A stretch of 38,389 nt of DNA from the sequence record JX509734, one strand, 5' to 3'. Positions 1-9,892 of this stretch are shown in pieces (the stretch's first letter is position 1; every line of letters starts with the position of its first letter). The notes beneath the pieces were generated by a model, which was given only the letters and a program-made list of their open reading frames with translations, ran no database searches and was not told the origin of the DNA. A program made the position numbers and the translations under genes. The DNA comes from Enterobacteria phage SfI.

Positions 1-50
1 GTCGTTTTTTTATACCCGCGAAAAATGAAATTTAACCAGGAGTGCCGCAT

Positions 51-545
51 ATGGCTGGAACGGCGGGGCGTTCCGGGCGTCGCCCCAAGCCAACGGCGCG
101 CAAGGCGCTGGCCGGAAACCCCGGCAAGCGAGCCCTGAACAAAGATGAACCTGTTTTTACGCCCATCAAAGGTGTTGAGCCACCGGAGTGGTTCGCAGAA
201 GAAGATCTCCCTCTCGCCACGATCATGTGGCAACTGACAACCAAAGAACTCTGCGGTCAGGGCCTGCTGTGCGTGACTGACCTTGCGGTACTTGAGCGGT
301 GGTGCGTGGCCTATGAGTTCTGGCGACGTGCCGTGAAAAATATTGCCAGACAGGGCAACACCATCACCGGTGCAATGGGTGGCATGGTTAAAAATCCGGA
401 GCTGACCGCCAAGAAAGAACAGGAGTCCGAGATGAGCAGCACGGGGGCAATTCTCGGACTCGACCCCAGCAGCCGCCAGCGTCTGATTGGCCTGGCGGGG
501 CAGAAGAAAGCCACTAACCCGTTTCTGAAAATCATCGAATCATGA
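51..545 (+). CDS. Terminase small subunit (P27/HK97-like TerS)
   Basis: Track ORF 42..545 starts at GTG; AGGAG at 37-41 favours the ATG at 51. Stop overlaps the terL start (ATGA at 542-545). Sits immediately upstream of the large terminase. Confidence 0.75.
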   Translation: MAGTAGRSGRRPKPTARKALAGNPGKRALNKDEPVFTPIKGVEPPEWFAEEDLPLATIMWQLTTKELCGQGLLCVTDLAVLERWCVAYEFWRRAVKNIARQGNTITGAMGGMVKNPELTAKKEQESEMSSTGAILGLDPSSRQRLIGLAGQKKATNPFLKIIES

Positions 546-2275
546 GCCGGAAATCTTACCCCAACGTAAATGCTGCCAATCAGTATGCCCGTGATGTCGT
601 GCGCGGAAAGATTGTGGCCTGCCAGTTTGTGATTCAGGCCTGCCAGCGCCATCTTGATGACCTGATGGCGGAAAAAAGTAAGTCGTTTCGTTACCGCTTC
701 GACAAGGACCTGGCTGAACGGGCCGCGAAATTTATTCAGCTGTTGCCACACACCAAGGGGGAGTGGGCATTCAAGAGGATGCCCATCACACTGGAACCGT
801 GGCAGCTCTTTGTGATCTGCTGTGCGTTTGGCTGGGTCAATAAAGGCTCCCGGCTGCGCCGCTTCAGGGAGGTGTATACCGAAATCCCCCGTAAGAACGG
901 CAAATCGGCAATCTCTGCCGGTGTTGCCCTGTATTGTTTTGCCTGTGATAACGAGTTTGGCGCGGAAGTGTATTCCGGTGCCACGACAGAGAAACAGGCG
1001 TGGGAAGTCTTTCGCCCGGCGCGACTGATGTGTAAACGCACACCCATGCTGACGGAAGCGTTCGGGATTGAGGTTAACGCCTCAAACATGAACCGTCCGG
1101 AGGATGGCGCGCGGTTTGAACCGCTGATCGGTAACCCCGGTGATGGTTCATCACCCCACTGTGCCGTGGTGGATGAATATCACGAGCACGCCACCGATGC
1201 GCTTTATACCACGATGCTTACCGGGATGGGCGCGCGACGTCAGCCACTGATGTGGGCCATCACCACCGCCGGGTACAACATTGAGGGGCCGTGCTACGAC
1301 AAGCGGCGGGGAGGTATCGAGATGCTCAACGGTTCGGTACCCAACGATGAACTGTTCGGGATCATCTATACCGTTGACGAAGGCGATGACTGGACCGACC
1401 CGCAGGTGCTGGAAAAAGCCAATCCAAATATTGGCGTGTCGGTTTATCGCGAATTTTTGTTAAGTCAGCAGCAGCGTGCGAAAAATAACGCCCGTCTGGC
1501 AAACGTCTTTAAAACAAAACACCTCAATATCTGGGTGTCGGCGCGTTCGGCGTATTTCAACCTGGTGAGCTGGCAGAGCTGCGAGGATAAATCACTGACC
1601 CTTGAGCAGTTCGAGGGGCAGCCGTGCATTCTGGCCTTTGACCTGGCGCGTAAGCTGGATATGAACAGCATGGCGCGACTTTATACCCGTGAGATTGACG
1701 GTAAAACGCATTACTACAGTGTGGCCCCGCGTTTCTGGGTACCGTATGACACGGTGTACAGCGTCGAGAAAACTGAAGATCGCCGGACCGCCGAACGCTT
1801 TCAGAAATGGGTGGAAATGGGCGTCCTGACCGTTACCGATGGTGCAGAGGTGGATTATCGCTACATCCTCGAAGAGGCCAAAGCGGCGAACAAAATCAGC
1901 CCGGTCAGCGAGTCACCCATCGACCCCTTCGGGGCGACCGGGCTCTCACATGACCTTGCTGATGAAGACCTGAATCCCGTCACTATCGTCCAGAACTTCA
2001 CCAATATGTCCGATCCGATGAAAGAGCTGGAAGCAGCGATTGAATCGGGACGTTTTCATCATGACGGCAATCCCATCATGACCTGGTGTATCGGCAACGT
2101 GGTCGGCAAAAACATGCCGGGTAACGATGATGTGGTGAAGCCTGTCAAGGAGCAGGCGGAAAACAAAATTGACGGTGCAGTTGCGCTGATTATGGCGGTT
2201 GGCAGAGCCATGCTGTACGAGAAAGAAGACACGCTGTCTGACCACATTGAGTCCTACGGGATCCGCTCGCTTTAA
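542..2275 (+). CDS. Terminase large subunit (ATPase/nuclease)
   Basis: 577-aa ORF translationally coupled to TerS; size and position typical of HK97-like TerL, followed by the portal gene. Confidence 0.88.
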   Translation: MSRKSYPNVNAANQYARDVVRGKIVACQFVIQACQRHLDDLMAEKSKSFRYRFDKDLAERAAKFIQLLPHTKGEWAFKRMPITLEPWQLFVICCAFGWVNKGSRLRRFREVYTEIPRKNGKSAISAGVALYCFACDNEFGAEVYSGATTEKQAWEVFRPARLMCKRTPMLTEAFGIEVNASNMNRPEDGARFEPLIGNPGDGSSPHCAVVDEYHEHATDALYTTMLTGMGARRQPLMWAITTAGYNIEGPCYDKRRGGIEMLNGSVPNDELFGIIYTVDEGDDWTDPQVLEKANPNIGVSVYREFLLSQQQRAKNNARLANVFKTKHLNIWVSARSAYFNLVSWQSCEDKSLTLEQFEGQPCILAFDLARKLDMNSMARLYTREIDGKTHYYSVAPRFWVPYDTVYSVEKTEDRRTAERFQKWVEMGVLTVTDGAEVDYRYILEEAKAANKISPVSESPIDPFGATGLSHDLADEDLNPVTIVQNFTNMSDPMKELEAAIESGRFHHDGNPIMTWCIGNVVGKNMPGNDDVVKPVKEQAENKIDGAVALIMAVGRAMLYEKEDTLSDHIESYGIRSL

Positions 2276-2286
2276 CTGAGGTAATT

Positions 2287-2469
2287 ATGATCATGCTGAT
2301 TCTCGCGCCTCTGGTGGGCGTGCTGGGTGCGCTTTTGCTGGCATATGGTGCCTGGCTGATTTATCCCCCGGCGGGTTTTGTTGTTGCCGGGGCGTTGTGC
2401 CTGTTCTGGTCGTGGCTGGTAGCGCGATATCTCGATCGTACACAGCTGTCTGTTGGTGGAGGTAAATAG
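2287..2469 (+). CDS. Small hydrophobic protein (about 2 predicted TM helices), unknown function
   Basis: 60-aa ORF with GAGG RBS about 8 nt upstream; very hydrophobic sequence ([26 protein letters not shown]...); wedged between terL and portal. Confidence 0.4.
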   Translation: MIMLILAPLVGVLGALLLAYGAWLIYPPAGFVVAGALCLFWSWLVARYLDRTQLSVGGGK

Positions 2470-3710
2470 TGTTCTTTTCGGGATTATTTCAACGAAAAAG
2501 TGACGCACCGGTGACCACGCCAGCAGAGCTGGCGGATGCCATCGGGTTGTCCTACGACACCTATACCGGAAAGCAGATCAGCAGTCAGCGGGCCATGCGA
2601 CTGACGGCGGTTTTTTCCTGCGTCAGAGTGCTGGCAGAGTCGGTCGGGATGTTGCCCTGCAATCTGTATCACCTGAACGGCAGCCTGAAGCAGAGAGCCA
2701 CCGGCGAACGTCTGCATAAACTGATCTCCACGCATCCCAATAGCTATATGACGCCGCAGGAGTTCTGGGAGCTGGTGGTCACCTGTCTGTGCCTGCGGGG
2801 AAATTTTTACGCCTACAAAGTGAAAGCATTTGGCGAAGTGGCTGAACTGCTGCCCGTCGATCCCGGTTGTGTGGTACCGAAGCTTAACAGTAGCTGGGAA
2901 CCGGTTTACCAGGTCACATTTCCGGACGGCTCCACGGATGTACTGAGCCAGGAAGATATCTGGCATGTGCGCACGCTGACGCTGGACGGTCTGGTGGGAC
3001 TGAATCCCATCGCCTATGCCCGCGAGGCAATATCGCTGGCGGCAGCGACCGAAGAGCACGGGGCCAGACTGTTCAGCAATGGCGCGGTGACGTCGGGTGT
3101 GTTGCGTACAGAGCAGACGCTGTCGGATCAGGCTTATGAGCGCCTGAAGAAAGATTTTGAGGAGCGTCACACCGGGCTTGGCAATGCTCACCGCCCGATG
3201 ATCCTTGAGATGGGGCTGGACTGGAAGTCGATGGCGTTGAACGCAGAGGACAGCCAGTTCCTGGAAACCCGCAAGTTTCAGCTTGAAGAAATCTGTCGTC
3301 TGTTCCGGGTGCCATTGCACATGGTGCAGAACACCGATCGCGCCACCTTCAACAATATCGAAGAACTGGGGCTCGGATTTATCAACTATTCACTGGTGCC
3401 GTATCTGACCCGCATCGAACAGCGGATCAACACCGGACTGGTACGAAAAAGTAAGCAGGGCGTTTATTACGCCAAATTTAACGCCGGGGCGTTACTGCGC
3501 GGGGATATGAAGTCCCGTTTTGAAGCCTACGCCACCGGGATTAACTGGGGAATTTACTCTCCCAATGACTGCCGCGACCTGGAAGATATGAATCCGCGTC
3601 CCGGTGGGAATGTCTATCTCACACCGATGAACATGACCACGAAACCCTCCGATGGCAGTAAAGCCGGTAAGCAGAAGGATAACGCCAATGCAGACGAAAC
3701 AACGTCTTGA
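2469..3710 (+). CDS. Portal protein (HK97 family)
   Basis: 413-aa ORF with GTG start preceded by GGAGG; length and position between TerL and prohead protease. Confidence 0.88.
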   Translation: MFFSGLFQRKSDAPVTTPAELADAIGLSYDTYTGKQISSQRAMRLTAVFSCVRVLAESVGMLPCNLYHLNGSLKQRATGERLHKLISTHPNSYMTPQEFWELVVTCLCLRGNFYAYKVKAFGEVAELLPVDPGCVVPKLNSSWEPVYQVTFPDGSTDVLSQEDIWHVRTLTLDGLVGLNPIAYAREAISLAAATEEHGARLFSNGAVTSGVLRTEQTLSDQAYERLKKDFEERHTGLGNAHRPMILEMGLDWKSMALNAEDSQFLETRKFQLEEICRLFRVPLHMVQNTDRATFNNIEELGLGFINYSLVPYLTRIEQRINTGLVRKSKQGVYYAKFNAGALLRGDMKSRFEAYATGINWGIYSPNDCRDLEDMNPRPGGNVYLTPMNMTTKPSDGSKAGKQKDNANADETTS

Positions 3711-4338
3711 TGTACCGCTGAGTCTGAAATCTGTCAGTGACTCCGGTGAGTTTGAAGGGTATGGCTCCGTCTTTGGTGTAAAGGACAGCCACGATGATGT
3801 GGTGATGTCCGGGGCATTTGCTGCTTCCCTGCGGGCGTGGAGTGACAGAAAAGCGTTACCTGCGCTGCTCTGGCAGCACCGCATGGATGAACCCATCGGT
3901 GTTTACACCGAAATGAAGGAAGACGATGTCGGGCTTTACGTCAGGGGACGGTTGCTTATTGATGATGATCCCCTCGCAAAACGCGCACATGCACACATGA
4001 AGGCCGGTTCGTTAACCGGCCTTTCTATTGGGTACGTCCTGAAAGACTGGGAATACGACCGGAGCAAAGAAGCCTTTCTGCTGAAAGAAATCGACCTCTG
4101 GGAAGTCAGCCTGGTGACGTTCCCGTCTAACGACGAGGCGCGGATCAGCGACGTCAAGAACGCACTGGCCCGCGGGGAAATCCCCGAACAGAAAAAAATC
4201 GAAAGAGTCCTGCGTGATGTCGGACTCTCCCGTACCCAGGCCAAAGCATTCATGGCCGGGGGCTATGGCGCACTGTCCCTGCGCGACGCTGAGGATGTGG
4301 GCTCTGCACTGAATGCACTGAAAAATCTGAACTTCTAA
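3652..4338 (+). CDS. Prohead maturation protease (HK97 gp4-like)
   Basis: 228-aa ORF between portal and major capsid; start could be the internal ATG near 3688 because 3652 overlaps the portal end. Confidence 0.8.
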   Translation: MAVKPVSRRITPMQTKQRLDVPLSLKSVSDSGEFEGYGSVFGVKDSHDDVVMSGAFAASLRAWSDRKALPALLWQHRMDEPIGVYTEMKEDDVGLYVRGRLLIDDDPLAKRAHAHMKAGSLTGLSIGYVLKDWEYDRSKEAFLLKEIDLWEVSLVTFPSNDEARISDVKNALARGEIPEQKKIERVLRDVGLSRTQAKAFMAGGYGALSLRDAEDVGSALNALKNLNF

Positions 4339-4352
4339 TCAGGAGAAATACG

Positions 4353-5558
4353 ATGGCGGTTGATATTAAAGATGTCGAACAGGTCGCGCAGGAGCTGCAG
4401 CAGAAGTTTGACGACTTCAAAGCAAAGAACGACAAGCGCGTGGATGCGATTGAGCAGGAAAAAGGCAAGCTTGCCGGGCAGGTGGAAACCCTGAACGGGA
4501 AACTCAGCGAGCTGGAAAATCTCAAAAGCGACCTTGAAAAAGAGCTGCTTGAGCTGAAACGTCCGGCAGGTGGTGCGCAAAATAAACTGGCCACCGAGCA
4601 TAAAGAGGCGTTTGTGGGCTTCCTGCGTAAAGGCCGTGAAGACGGTCTGCGCGATCTGGAGCGTAAGGCATTGCAGGTGGGTACCGATGAAGACGGTGGC
4701 TACGCCGTGCCGGAAGAACTGGATCGCAACATTCTTAACCTGCTGAAAGATGAAGTGGTGATGCGTCAGGAAGCCACGGTGATCACCGTTGGCGGTTCCG
4801 ACTACAAAAAACTGGTGAATCTGGGCGGTACGGCTTCCGGATGGGTGGGGGAAACGGATACGCGATCCCAGACTGCCACCTCCAGACTGGAGCTGATTGA
4901 ACCTCTCATGGGGGAAATTTACGGCAACCCGCAGGCTACCCAGAAAATGCTGGACGATGCCTTCTTCAACGTGGAGGCCTGGATCAACAGCGAGCTGGCA
5001 ACCGAATTTGCCGAACAGGAAGAAATTGCCTTTACCTCAGGCGATGGCACCAAGAAGCCGAAAGGGTTCCTGGCGTATGAATCCACTGATGAAACCGACA
5101 AGGTCCGGGCGTTCGGCAAACTTCAGCATATTGTATCCGGCGAAGCGACCGCGGTGACCGCAGACGCCATTATCAAACTGATTTACACGCTGCGTAAGGC
5201 ACACCGCACTGGCGCGAAGTTCATGATGAACAACAACAGCCTGTTTGCCATCCGTCTGCTGAAAGACACCGAGGGTAACTATCTGTGGCGTCCTGGGCTG
5301 GAACTGGGGCAGCCATCCTCTCTGGCGGGTTACGGTATCGCTGAAAACGAGCAGATGCCGGATATTGCCGCGGATGCGAAAGCCATTGCATTTGGTAACT
5401 TCAAACGGGGTTACACCATCGTTGACCGTATCGGTACCCGCATTCTTCGCGATCCGTACACCAATAAACCGTTTGTCGGTTTTTATACCACCAAGCGCAC
5501 CGGCGGCATGCTGGTCGATTCGCAGGCCATCAAACTGCTGAAGATTGCAGCGGCGTAA
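4353..5558 (+). CDS. Major capsid protein (HK97 fold) with N-terminal coiled-coil delta/scaffold domain
   Basis: 401-aa ORF; N-terminal about 100 aa is charged and coiled-coil-like (KLSELENLKSDLEKELLELK), as in HK97 gp5-type capsid precursors; follows the protease. Confidence 0.88.
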   Translation: MAVDIKDVEQVAQELQQKFDDFKAKNDKRVDAIEQEKGKLAGQVETLNGKLSELENLKSDLEKELLELKRPAGGAQNKLATEHKEAFVGFLRKGREDGLRDLERKALQVGTDEDGGYAVPEELDRNILNLLKDEVVMRQEATVITVGGSDYKKLVNLGGTASGWVGETDTRSQTATSRLELIEPLMGEIYGNPQATQKMLDDAFFNVEAWINSELATEFAEQEEIAFTSGDGTKKPKGFLAYESTDETDKVRAFGKLQHIVSGEATAVTADAIIKLIYTLRKAHRTGAKFMMNNNSLFAIRLLKDTEGNYLWRPGLELGQPSSLAGYGIAENEQMPDIAADAKAIAFGNFKRGYTIVDRIGTRILRDPYTNKPFVGFYTTKRTGGMLVDSQAIKLLKIAAA

Positions 5559-5565
5559 TCACTCA

Positions 5566-5585
5566 GGGGCGCGGAACCGCGCCCC
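5566..5585 (+). terminator. GC-rich stem-loop directly after the capsid gene (putative terminator or mRNA-stability hairpin)
   Basis: GGGGCGCG / CGCGCCCC 8-bp perfect stem with 4-nt loop, 8 nt after the capsid stop; the trailing U-tract is weak. Confidence 0.4.
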
Positions 5586-5607
5586 CTGTTCTGACGGGTG
5601 AAGAATC

Positions 5608-5808
5608 ATGATCCTGAAACAAGATCTGAAATGGTCACCGGACGGTATGCGTGTTGATGTCATTCGGGCCGGTGAGTATGACGACGGGACGCTTCCTGCC
5701 CGGGTGCAGGAGATTGCACTTCAGGCCGGGTTAGCAGAGCGCGGAACCAGTGCAAAAAGCAGTAAAGCGACAAAAGAGAAAAAAGCCACGACCAGTAAAG
5801 AGGGCTGA
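5608..5808 (+). CDS. Small hypothetical protein, Lys/Ser/Thr-rich C-terminus
   Basis: 66-aa ORF between capsid and connector genes; modest RBS (GGTGAAG). Confidence 0.35.
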   Translation: MILKQDLKWSPDGMRVDVIRAGEYDDGTLPARVQEIALQAGLAERGTSAKSSKATKEKKATTSKEG

Positions 5809-5810
5809 GT

Positions 5811-6163
5811 ATGCTTCTGACAATGGAAGAGATTAAAGCCCAACTCCGGCTGGATGAGGATTTCGATGCTGATGACGGCTGGATGAGGATTTCGATGCTG
5901 ATGCCCGCCATCTGCAACTGCTGGCCTGTGCGGCGCAAAAGCGGACGGAAACGTATCTGAACCGGAAGCTCTATGCTCCGGATGAAACCATTCCGGACAG
6001 CGATCCGGACGGGCTGCACCTGCCGGATGATATTCGTCTGGGGATGCTGATGCTTATCAGCCATTTTTACGAAAATCGCTCGTCGGTTACAGACGTTGAG
6101 AAAATGGAGTTGCCAATGAGCTTTAACTGGCTTGTCGGCCCGTACAGGTATTTCCCGCAATGA
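5811..6163 (+). pseudogene. Head-tail connector (gp6-like) gene disrupted by a 29-bp tandem duplication
   Basis: ATG at 5811 with GAGGG RBS. The 28-mer CGGCTGGATGAGGATTTCGATGCTGATG occurs at 5847-5874 and again at 5876-5903 (period 29). As written the frame stops at 5958-5960 (49 aa). Removing one copy gives a continuous gp6-like ORF (MLLTMEEIKAQLRLDEDFDAD...SFNWLVGPYRYFPQ) ending at 6163 with ATGA coupling to the next gene. Confidence 0.6.
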
Positions 6164-6570
6164 AAATTCGTCAGGCGCAGACCAGCGCAACCTACATTCT
6201 GCCGGACCCCGGTGAACTGAATAAACGCGTCCTGATCCGCCAGCGGGTGGATATGCCCGCGGATAACTTTGGCGTGGAGCCTCAATACCCGGTTGCGTTC
6301 CGGACATGGGCGAAGGTTGTCCAGACCAGTGCCACCACCTGGCAGGAAACCGCGCAGACCGGGGACGCCATCACCCATTACATCACCATTCGTTACCGCC
6401 GGGGGATCACCGCTGATTATGAGGTGGTCTGCGGTGACAGTGTGTACCGGGTGAAACGTCAGCGCGATCTGAACGGGGCGCGGCGCTTTCTGCTGCTGGA
6501 GTGTACGGAGCTGGGCGAATGTAGGCAGAGTCACGGAGGCAACAATGACGACTTCCTTTTTGCACGTTGA
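6160..6570 (+). CDS. Head closure / head-tail joining protein
   Basis: 136-aa ORF, ATGA-coupled to the connector frame; position in the head-tail adaptor block. Confidence 0.65.
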   Translation: MKIRQAQTSATYILPDPGELNKRVLIRQRVDMPADNFGVEPQYPVAFRTWAKVVQTSATTWQETAQTGDAITHYITIRYRRGITADYEVVCGDSVYRVKRQRDLNGARRFLLLECTELGECRQSHGGNNDDFLFAR

Positions 6571-7051
6571 TTTTCAGCAGCCCGCGGAGATGCGCTTTAA
6601 CCGCGCCCGTGTCCGGCGGGCGTTTGTCACGATTGGTCAGCGTCATATGCGTGATGCCCGTCGGCTGGTGATGCGCCGTGCGCGGTCGGCACCGGGTGAA
6701 AACCCCGGTTATCAGACCGGACGCCTGGCTCGTTCGATTGGTTACATGGTACCCAGAGCCAGTAAACATCGCCCCGGTTTTATGGCACGTATAGCCCCTA
6801 ACCAGCGTAATGGAGAGGGAAACCGCCGTATCACCGGTGATTTTTATCCGGCTTTTTTGTTCTATGGCGTGAGGCGAGGGGCAAAGCGTCGTCGCAGCCA
6901 TCATCGTGGTGCATCCGGTGGCAGCGGCTGGCGACTGGCTCCACGTAATAACTTCATGGTGGAAACGCTTGAAAAGAACCGCAGCTGGACACGCTATTTT
7001 CTGGCGCGGGAATTGCGTAAATCACTGAAGCCGGAGCGACGACACAGATGA
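6545..7051 (+). CDS. Tail component, HK97 gp10-like (basic C-terminus)
   Basis: 168-aa ORF in the adaptor block; family assignment from position and composition only. Confidence 0.55.
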   Translation: MTTSFLHVDFQQPAEMRFNRARVRRAFVTIGQRHMRDARRLVMRRARSAPGENPGYQTGRLARSIGYMVPRASKHRPGFMARIAPNQRNGEGNRRITGDFYPAFLFYGVRRGAKRRRSHHRGASGGSGWRLAPRNNFMVETLEKNRSWTRYFLARELRKSLKPERRHR

Positions 7052-7608
7052 AACTGACGCCTGTTATTGCTGCACTGCGTGCCCGCTGTCCGTATTTTGA
7101 AAACCGGGTGGCAGGCGCGGCCCAGTTCAAAAATCTGCCGGAGGTCGGAAAGCTGAGACTCCCGGCGGCGTATGTGGTACCGGGTGATGACTCTCCGGGA
7201 GAAAACAAAAGCCAGACCGACTACTGGCAGGAGCTGAAAGAGGGCTTCTCCGTGGTTGTCATACTGAGTAACGGGCGTGATGAGCGCGGTCAGTTTGCCT
7301 CGTATGATGTGGTGGACGATGTCCGGCAGATGCTCTTTAAGGCTCTGCTGGGCTGGAACCCGGAGGCGTGCGGTAACCCGATTACCTATGACGGCGGCAC
7401 GCTGCTGGATCTGAATCGTCATGAGCTGATTTATCAGTTCGATTTTTCGGTCATCAGCGAGCTGACTGAAGACGATACCCGCCAGCAGGATGATCTGAAC
7501 AGTCTGGATGAACTGCAAACGCTGGCGATTGATGTTGATTATCTCGAGCCCGGTAACGGGCCTGACGGCGATATCGAACATCACACCGAAATAACCCTTC
7601 CTTCCTGA
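7048..7608 (+). CDS. Neck / tail-completion protein, acidic C-terminus
   Basis: 186-aa ORF overlapping the previous stop by 4 nt; precedes the sheath module. Confidence 0.5.
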   Translation: MKLTPVIAALRARCPYFENRVAGAAQFKNLPEVGKLRLPAAYVVPGDDSPGENKSQTDYWQELKEGFSVVVILSNGRDERGQFASYDVVDDVRQMLFKALLGWNPEACGNPITYDGGTLLDLNRHELIYQFDFSVISELTEDDTRQQDDLNSLDELQTLAIDVDYLEPGNGPDGDIEHHTEITLPS

Positions 7609-7616
7609 GGATCCTC

Positions 7617-7787
7617 ATGTTTGTCAAACCTGTTAAAGGGCGGTCAGTTCCTGACCCTGCCCGCGGCGACCTTTTGCCCGCCGAGGGGCGAAATGTTGAT
7701 GAGAACAACTACTGGCTGCGCCGTGAAGCAGCGGGTGATATCCGGCGCGTGAATAAAAAGGTGAATACCGATGACGATAAGCTTTAA
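7617..7787 (+). CDS. Small protein preceding the tail sheath gene (DUF2635-like)
   Basis: 56-aa ORF (MFVKPVKGRSVPDPARGDLLPAEG...) with GAGGA RBS; overlaps the sheath start; not in the ORF track because it is under 60 aa. Confidence 0.45.
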   Translation: MFVKPVKGRSVPDPARGDLLPAEGRNVDENNYWLRREAAGDIRRVNKKVNTDDDKL

Positions 7788-9267
7788 CACCATTCCGTCG
7801 AATACGCTGGTTCCGTTGTTTTATGCGGAAATGGATAACCAGGCGGCGAATACTGCACAGGACAGCGGAGCATCGCTGCTGATTGGTCATGCCAATAACG
7901 GTGCAGAGATTGTTGCCAACAGTCTGGTGCTGATGCCATCGGCAGACTATGCACGCCAGATTTGTGGTGCGGGAAGTCAGCTGGCGCGTATGGTCGAGGC
8001 TTATCGCCAGACCGACCCGTTTGGTGAACTGTATGTGATTGCCGTTCCTGAATCCACGGGCGCGGCGGCAACAGTTACGCTGACGGTGACCGGCGCGGCA
8101 ACCGAAACCGGCACGGTGAATGTTTATGTGGGACGTACCCGCGTGCAGGCACCGGTGACCAACGGCGATAACGTCGCGACGATTGCCAGCAGTATCCAGG
8201 ATGCCATCAATGCCGTTCCGACCCTGCCGTTTACGGCTTCATCTTCGGCAGGCGTGGTCACACTGACCGCGCGTCATAAGGGGCTTTGCGGGAATGAAAT
8301 TCCTGTCAGCCTCAATTACTACGGCTTTGGTGGGGGCGAAGTGCTGCCAGCGGGCGTACAGATTGCCGTGGCGACGGGTACCGCCGGAACGGGCGCTCCT
8401 GTTCTCACCGGCGCGGTGGCTGCAATGGCGGATGAGCCGTTTGATTATATCGGCCTGCCGTTCAACGACACGGCCTCCGTTAACACGCTGGTGACCGAGA
8501 TGAACGATACCAGCGGTCGCTGGAGCTATGCGCGTCAGCTGTATGGTCATGTGTACACGGCAAAGATCGGCACGCTGTCAGAACTGGTGACCGCAGGTGA
8601 CCAGTTTAACCAGCAGCACATTACCCTGGCGGGATACGAAAAAGAGACCCAGACGCCTGCCGACGAGCTGGCGGCAAGCCGTACCGCCCGCGCAGCGGTG
8701 TTTATTCGCAACGATCCGGCACGTCCCACGCAGACCGGTGAGCTGGTGGGTATGCTGCCTGCGCCGAAGGGGAAACGGTTCACGATGACCGAACAACAGA
8801 CCCTGCTGTCTCATGGCGTGGCAACGGCGTATGTCGAAAGCGGGGTGCTGCGCATTCAGCGTGATGTCACCACGTACAGGAAAAACGCTTACGGTGTTGC
8901 GGATAACAGCTACCTCGACAGCGAGACGCTGCATACCAGCGCGTATGTACTGCGCAAACTGAAATCCGTCATTACCAGTAAGTACGGGCGTCACAAGCTT
9001 GCCAGCGACGGTACCCGCTTTGGTCCCGGTCAGGCGATTGTCACCCCGGCGGTGATCAAAGGGGAACTGCTGGCAACCTACCGTCAGCTTGAGCGTGCGG
9101 GGATCGTGGAAAACTACGAACTTTTTAAGCAGTACCTGGTTGTGGAGCGTGATGCCAGCGATCCGAACCGCCTGAACACGCTGTTCCCGCCTGACTATGT
9201 TAACCAGTTGCGTGTCTTTGCCGTGGTTAACCAGTTCCGTCTTCAGTATTCAGAGGAGTCCGCATAA
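7771..9267 (+). CDS. Contractile tail sheath protein (Mu gpL-like)
   Basis: 498-aa ORF followed immediately by a tube-sized ORF; sheath-like size and composition. Confidence 0.82.
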   Translation: MTISFNTIPSNTLVPLFYAEMDNQAANTAQDSGASLLIGHANNGAEIVANSLVLMPSADYARQICGAGSQLARMVEAYRQTDPFGELYVIAVPESTGAAATVTLTVTGAATETGTVNVYVGRTRVQAPVTNGDNVATIASSIQDAINAVPTLPFTASSSAGVVTLTARHKGLCGNEIPVSLNYYGFGGGEVLPAGVQIAVATGTAGTGAPVLTGAVAAMADEPFDYIGLPFNDTASVNTLVTEMNDTSGRWSYARQLYGHVYTAKIGTLSELVTAGDQFNQQHITLAGYEKETQTPADELAASRTARAAVFIRNDPARPTQTGELVGMLPAPKGKRFTMTEQQTLLSHGVATAYVESGVLRIQRDVTTYRKNAYGVADNSYLDSETLHTSAYVLRKLKSVITSKYGRHKLASDGTRFGPGQAIVTPAVIKGELLATYRQLERAGIVENYELFKQYLVVERDASDPNRLNTLFPPDYVNQLRVFAVVNQFRLQYSEESA

Positions 9268-9623
9268 TGGCCCGTATCGGGGGAACCTGTTATTTCAAAA
9301 TTGACGGTCAGCAGCTATCGCTGACCGGCGGCATTGAGGTGCCCATGAACAGGACGGTCAATGATGACATCATCGGCCTGGACGGTTCAGTGGACCGCAA
9401 GGAAACTCACCGTGCGCCTTATGTCAAAGGGACCTTCAAGGTGCCGAAGAATTTTCCGGTGAGCAAAATCACCTCGTCTGATGAGATGACCATCACTGCC
9501 GAGCTGGCGAACGGTCAGGTCTATGTATTGTCGTCCGCCTGGCTGCACGGAGAAGCGAACCATAATGCCGAAGAAGGCACGGTTGATCTTGAGTTCCACG
9601 GTGAAGAAGGGGATTACCAGTAA
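9267..9623 (+). CDS. Tail tube protein (Mu gpM-like)
   Basis: 118-aa ORF sharing a start/stop overlap with the sheath gene; canonical sheath-tube order. Confidence 0.78.
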   Translation: MARIGGTCYFKIDGQQLSLTGGIEVPMNRTVNDDIIGLDGSVDRKETHRAPYVKGTFKVPKNFPVSKITSSDEMTITAELANGQVYVLSSAWLHGEANHNAEEGTVDLEFHGEEGDYQ

Positions 9624-9892
9624 TGAAAGAGCTTGAGTTAAAGAAACCGATTACCGCTCATGGCGAGACACTCTCCGTACTGGAGTTTGATGAGCCCACC
9701 GGGAAAGATGTCCGCGAGCTGGGGTATCCCTACCAGATGAATCAGGATGAGTCCGTCAGACTTCTGGCGCATGTGGTATCGAAATACATTGTGCGGCTGG
9801 CGAAAGTGCCGCAAAGCTCTGTCGACCAGATGTCTCCGGCAGACCTGAATGCAGCGGCGTGGCTTGTGGCTGGTTTTTTCCTCCAGGCCTGA
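9623..9892 (+). CDS. Tail assembly chaperone, zero-frame product
   Basis: 89-aa ORF between tube and tape measure; ends ...AGFFLQA just downstream of a slippery heptamer. Confidence 0.7.
   Translation: MKELELKKPITAHGETLSVLEFDEPTGKDVRELGYPYQMNQDESVRLLAHVVSKYIVRLAKVPQSSVDQMSPADLNAAAWLVAGFFLQA

Noticed and set aside
2484-3320. Long antisense ORFs inside structural genes (for example 2484..3320, 5660..6307, 6994..7584, 12610..13107, 14837..15295 on the minus strand)
   Set aside because: They lie wholly inside well-supported sense-strand genes with coupled starts and stops, have no RBS context, and are the usual antisense open frames of GC-rich coding DNA.
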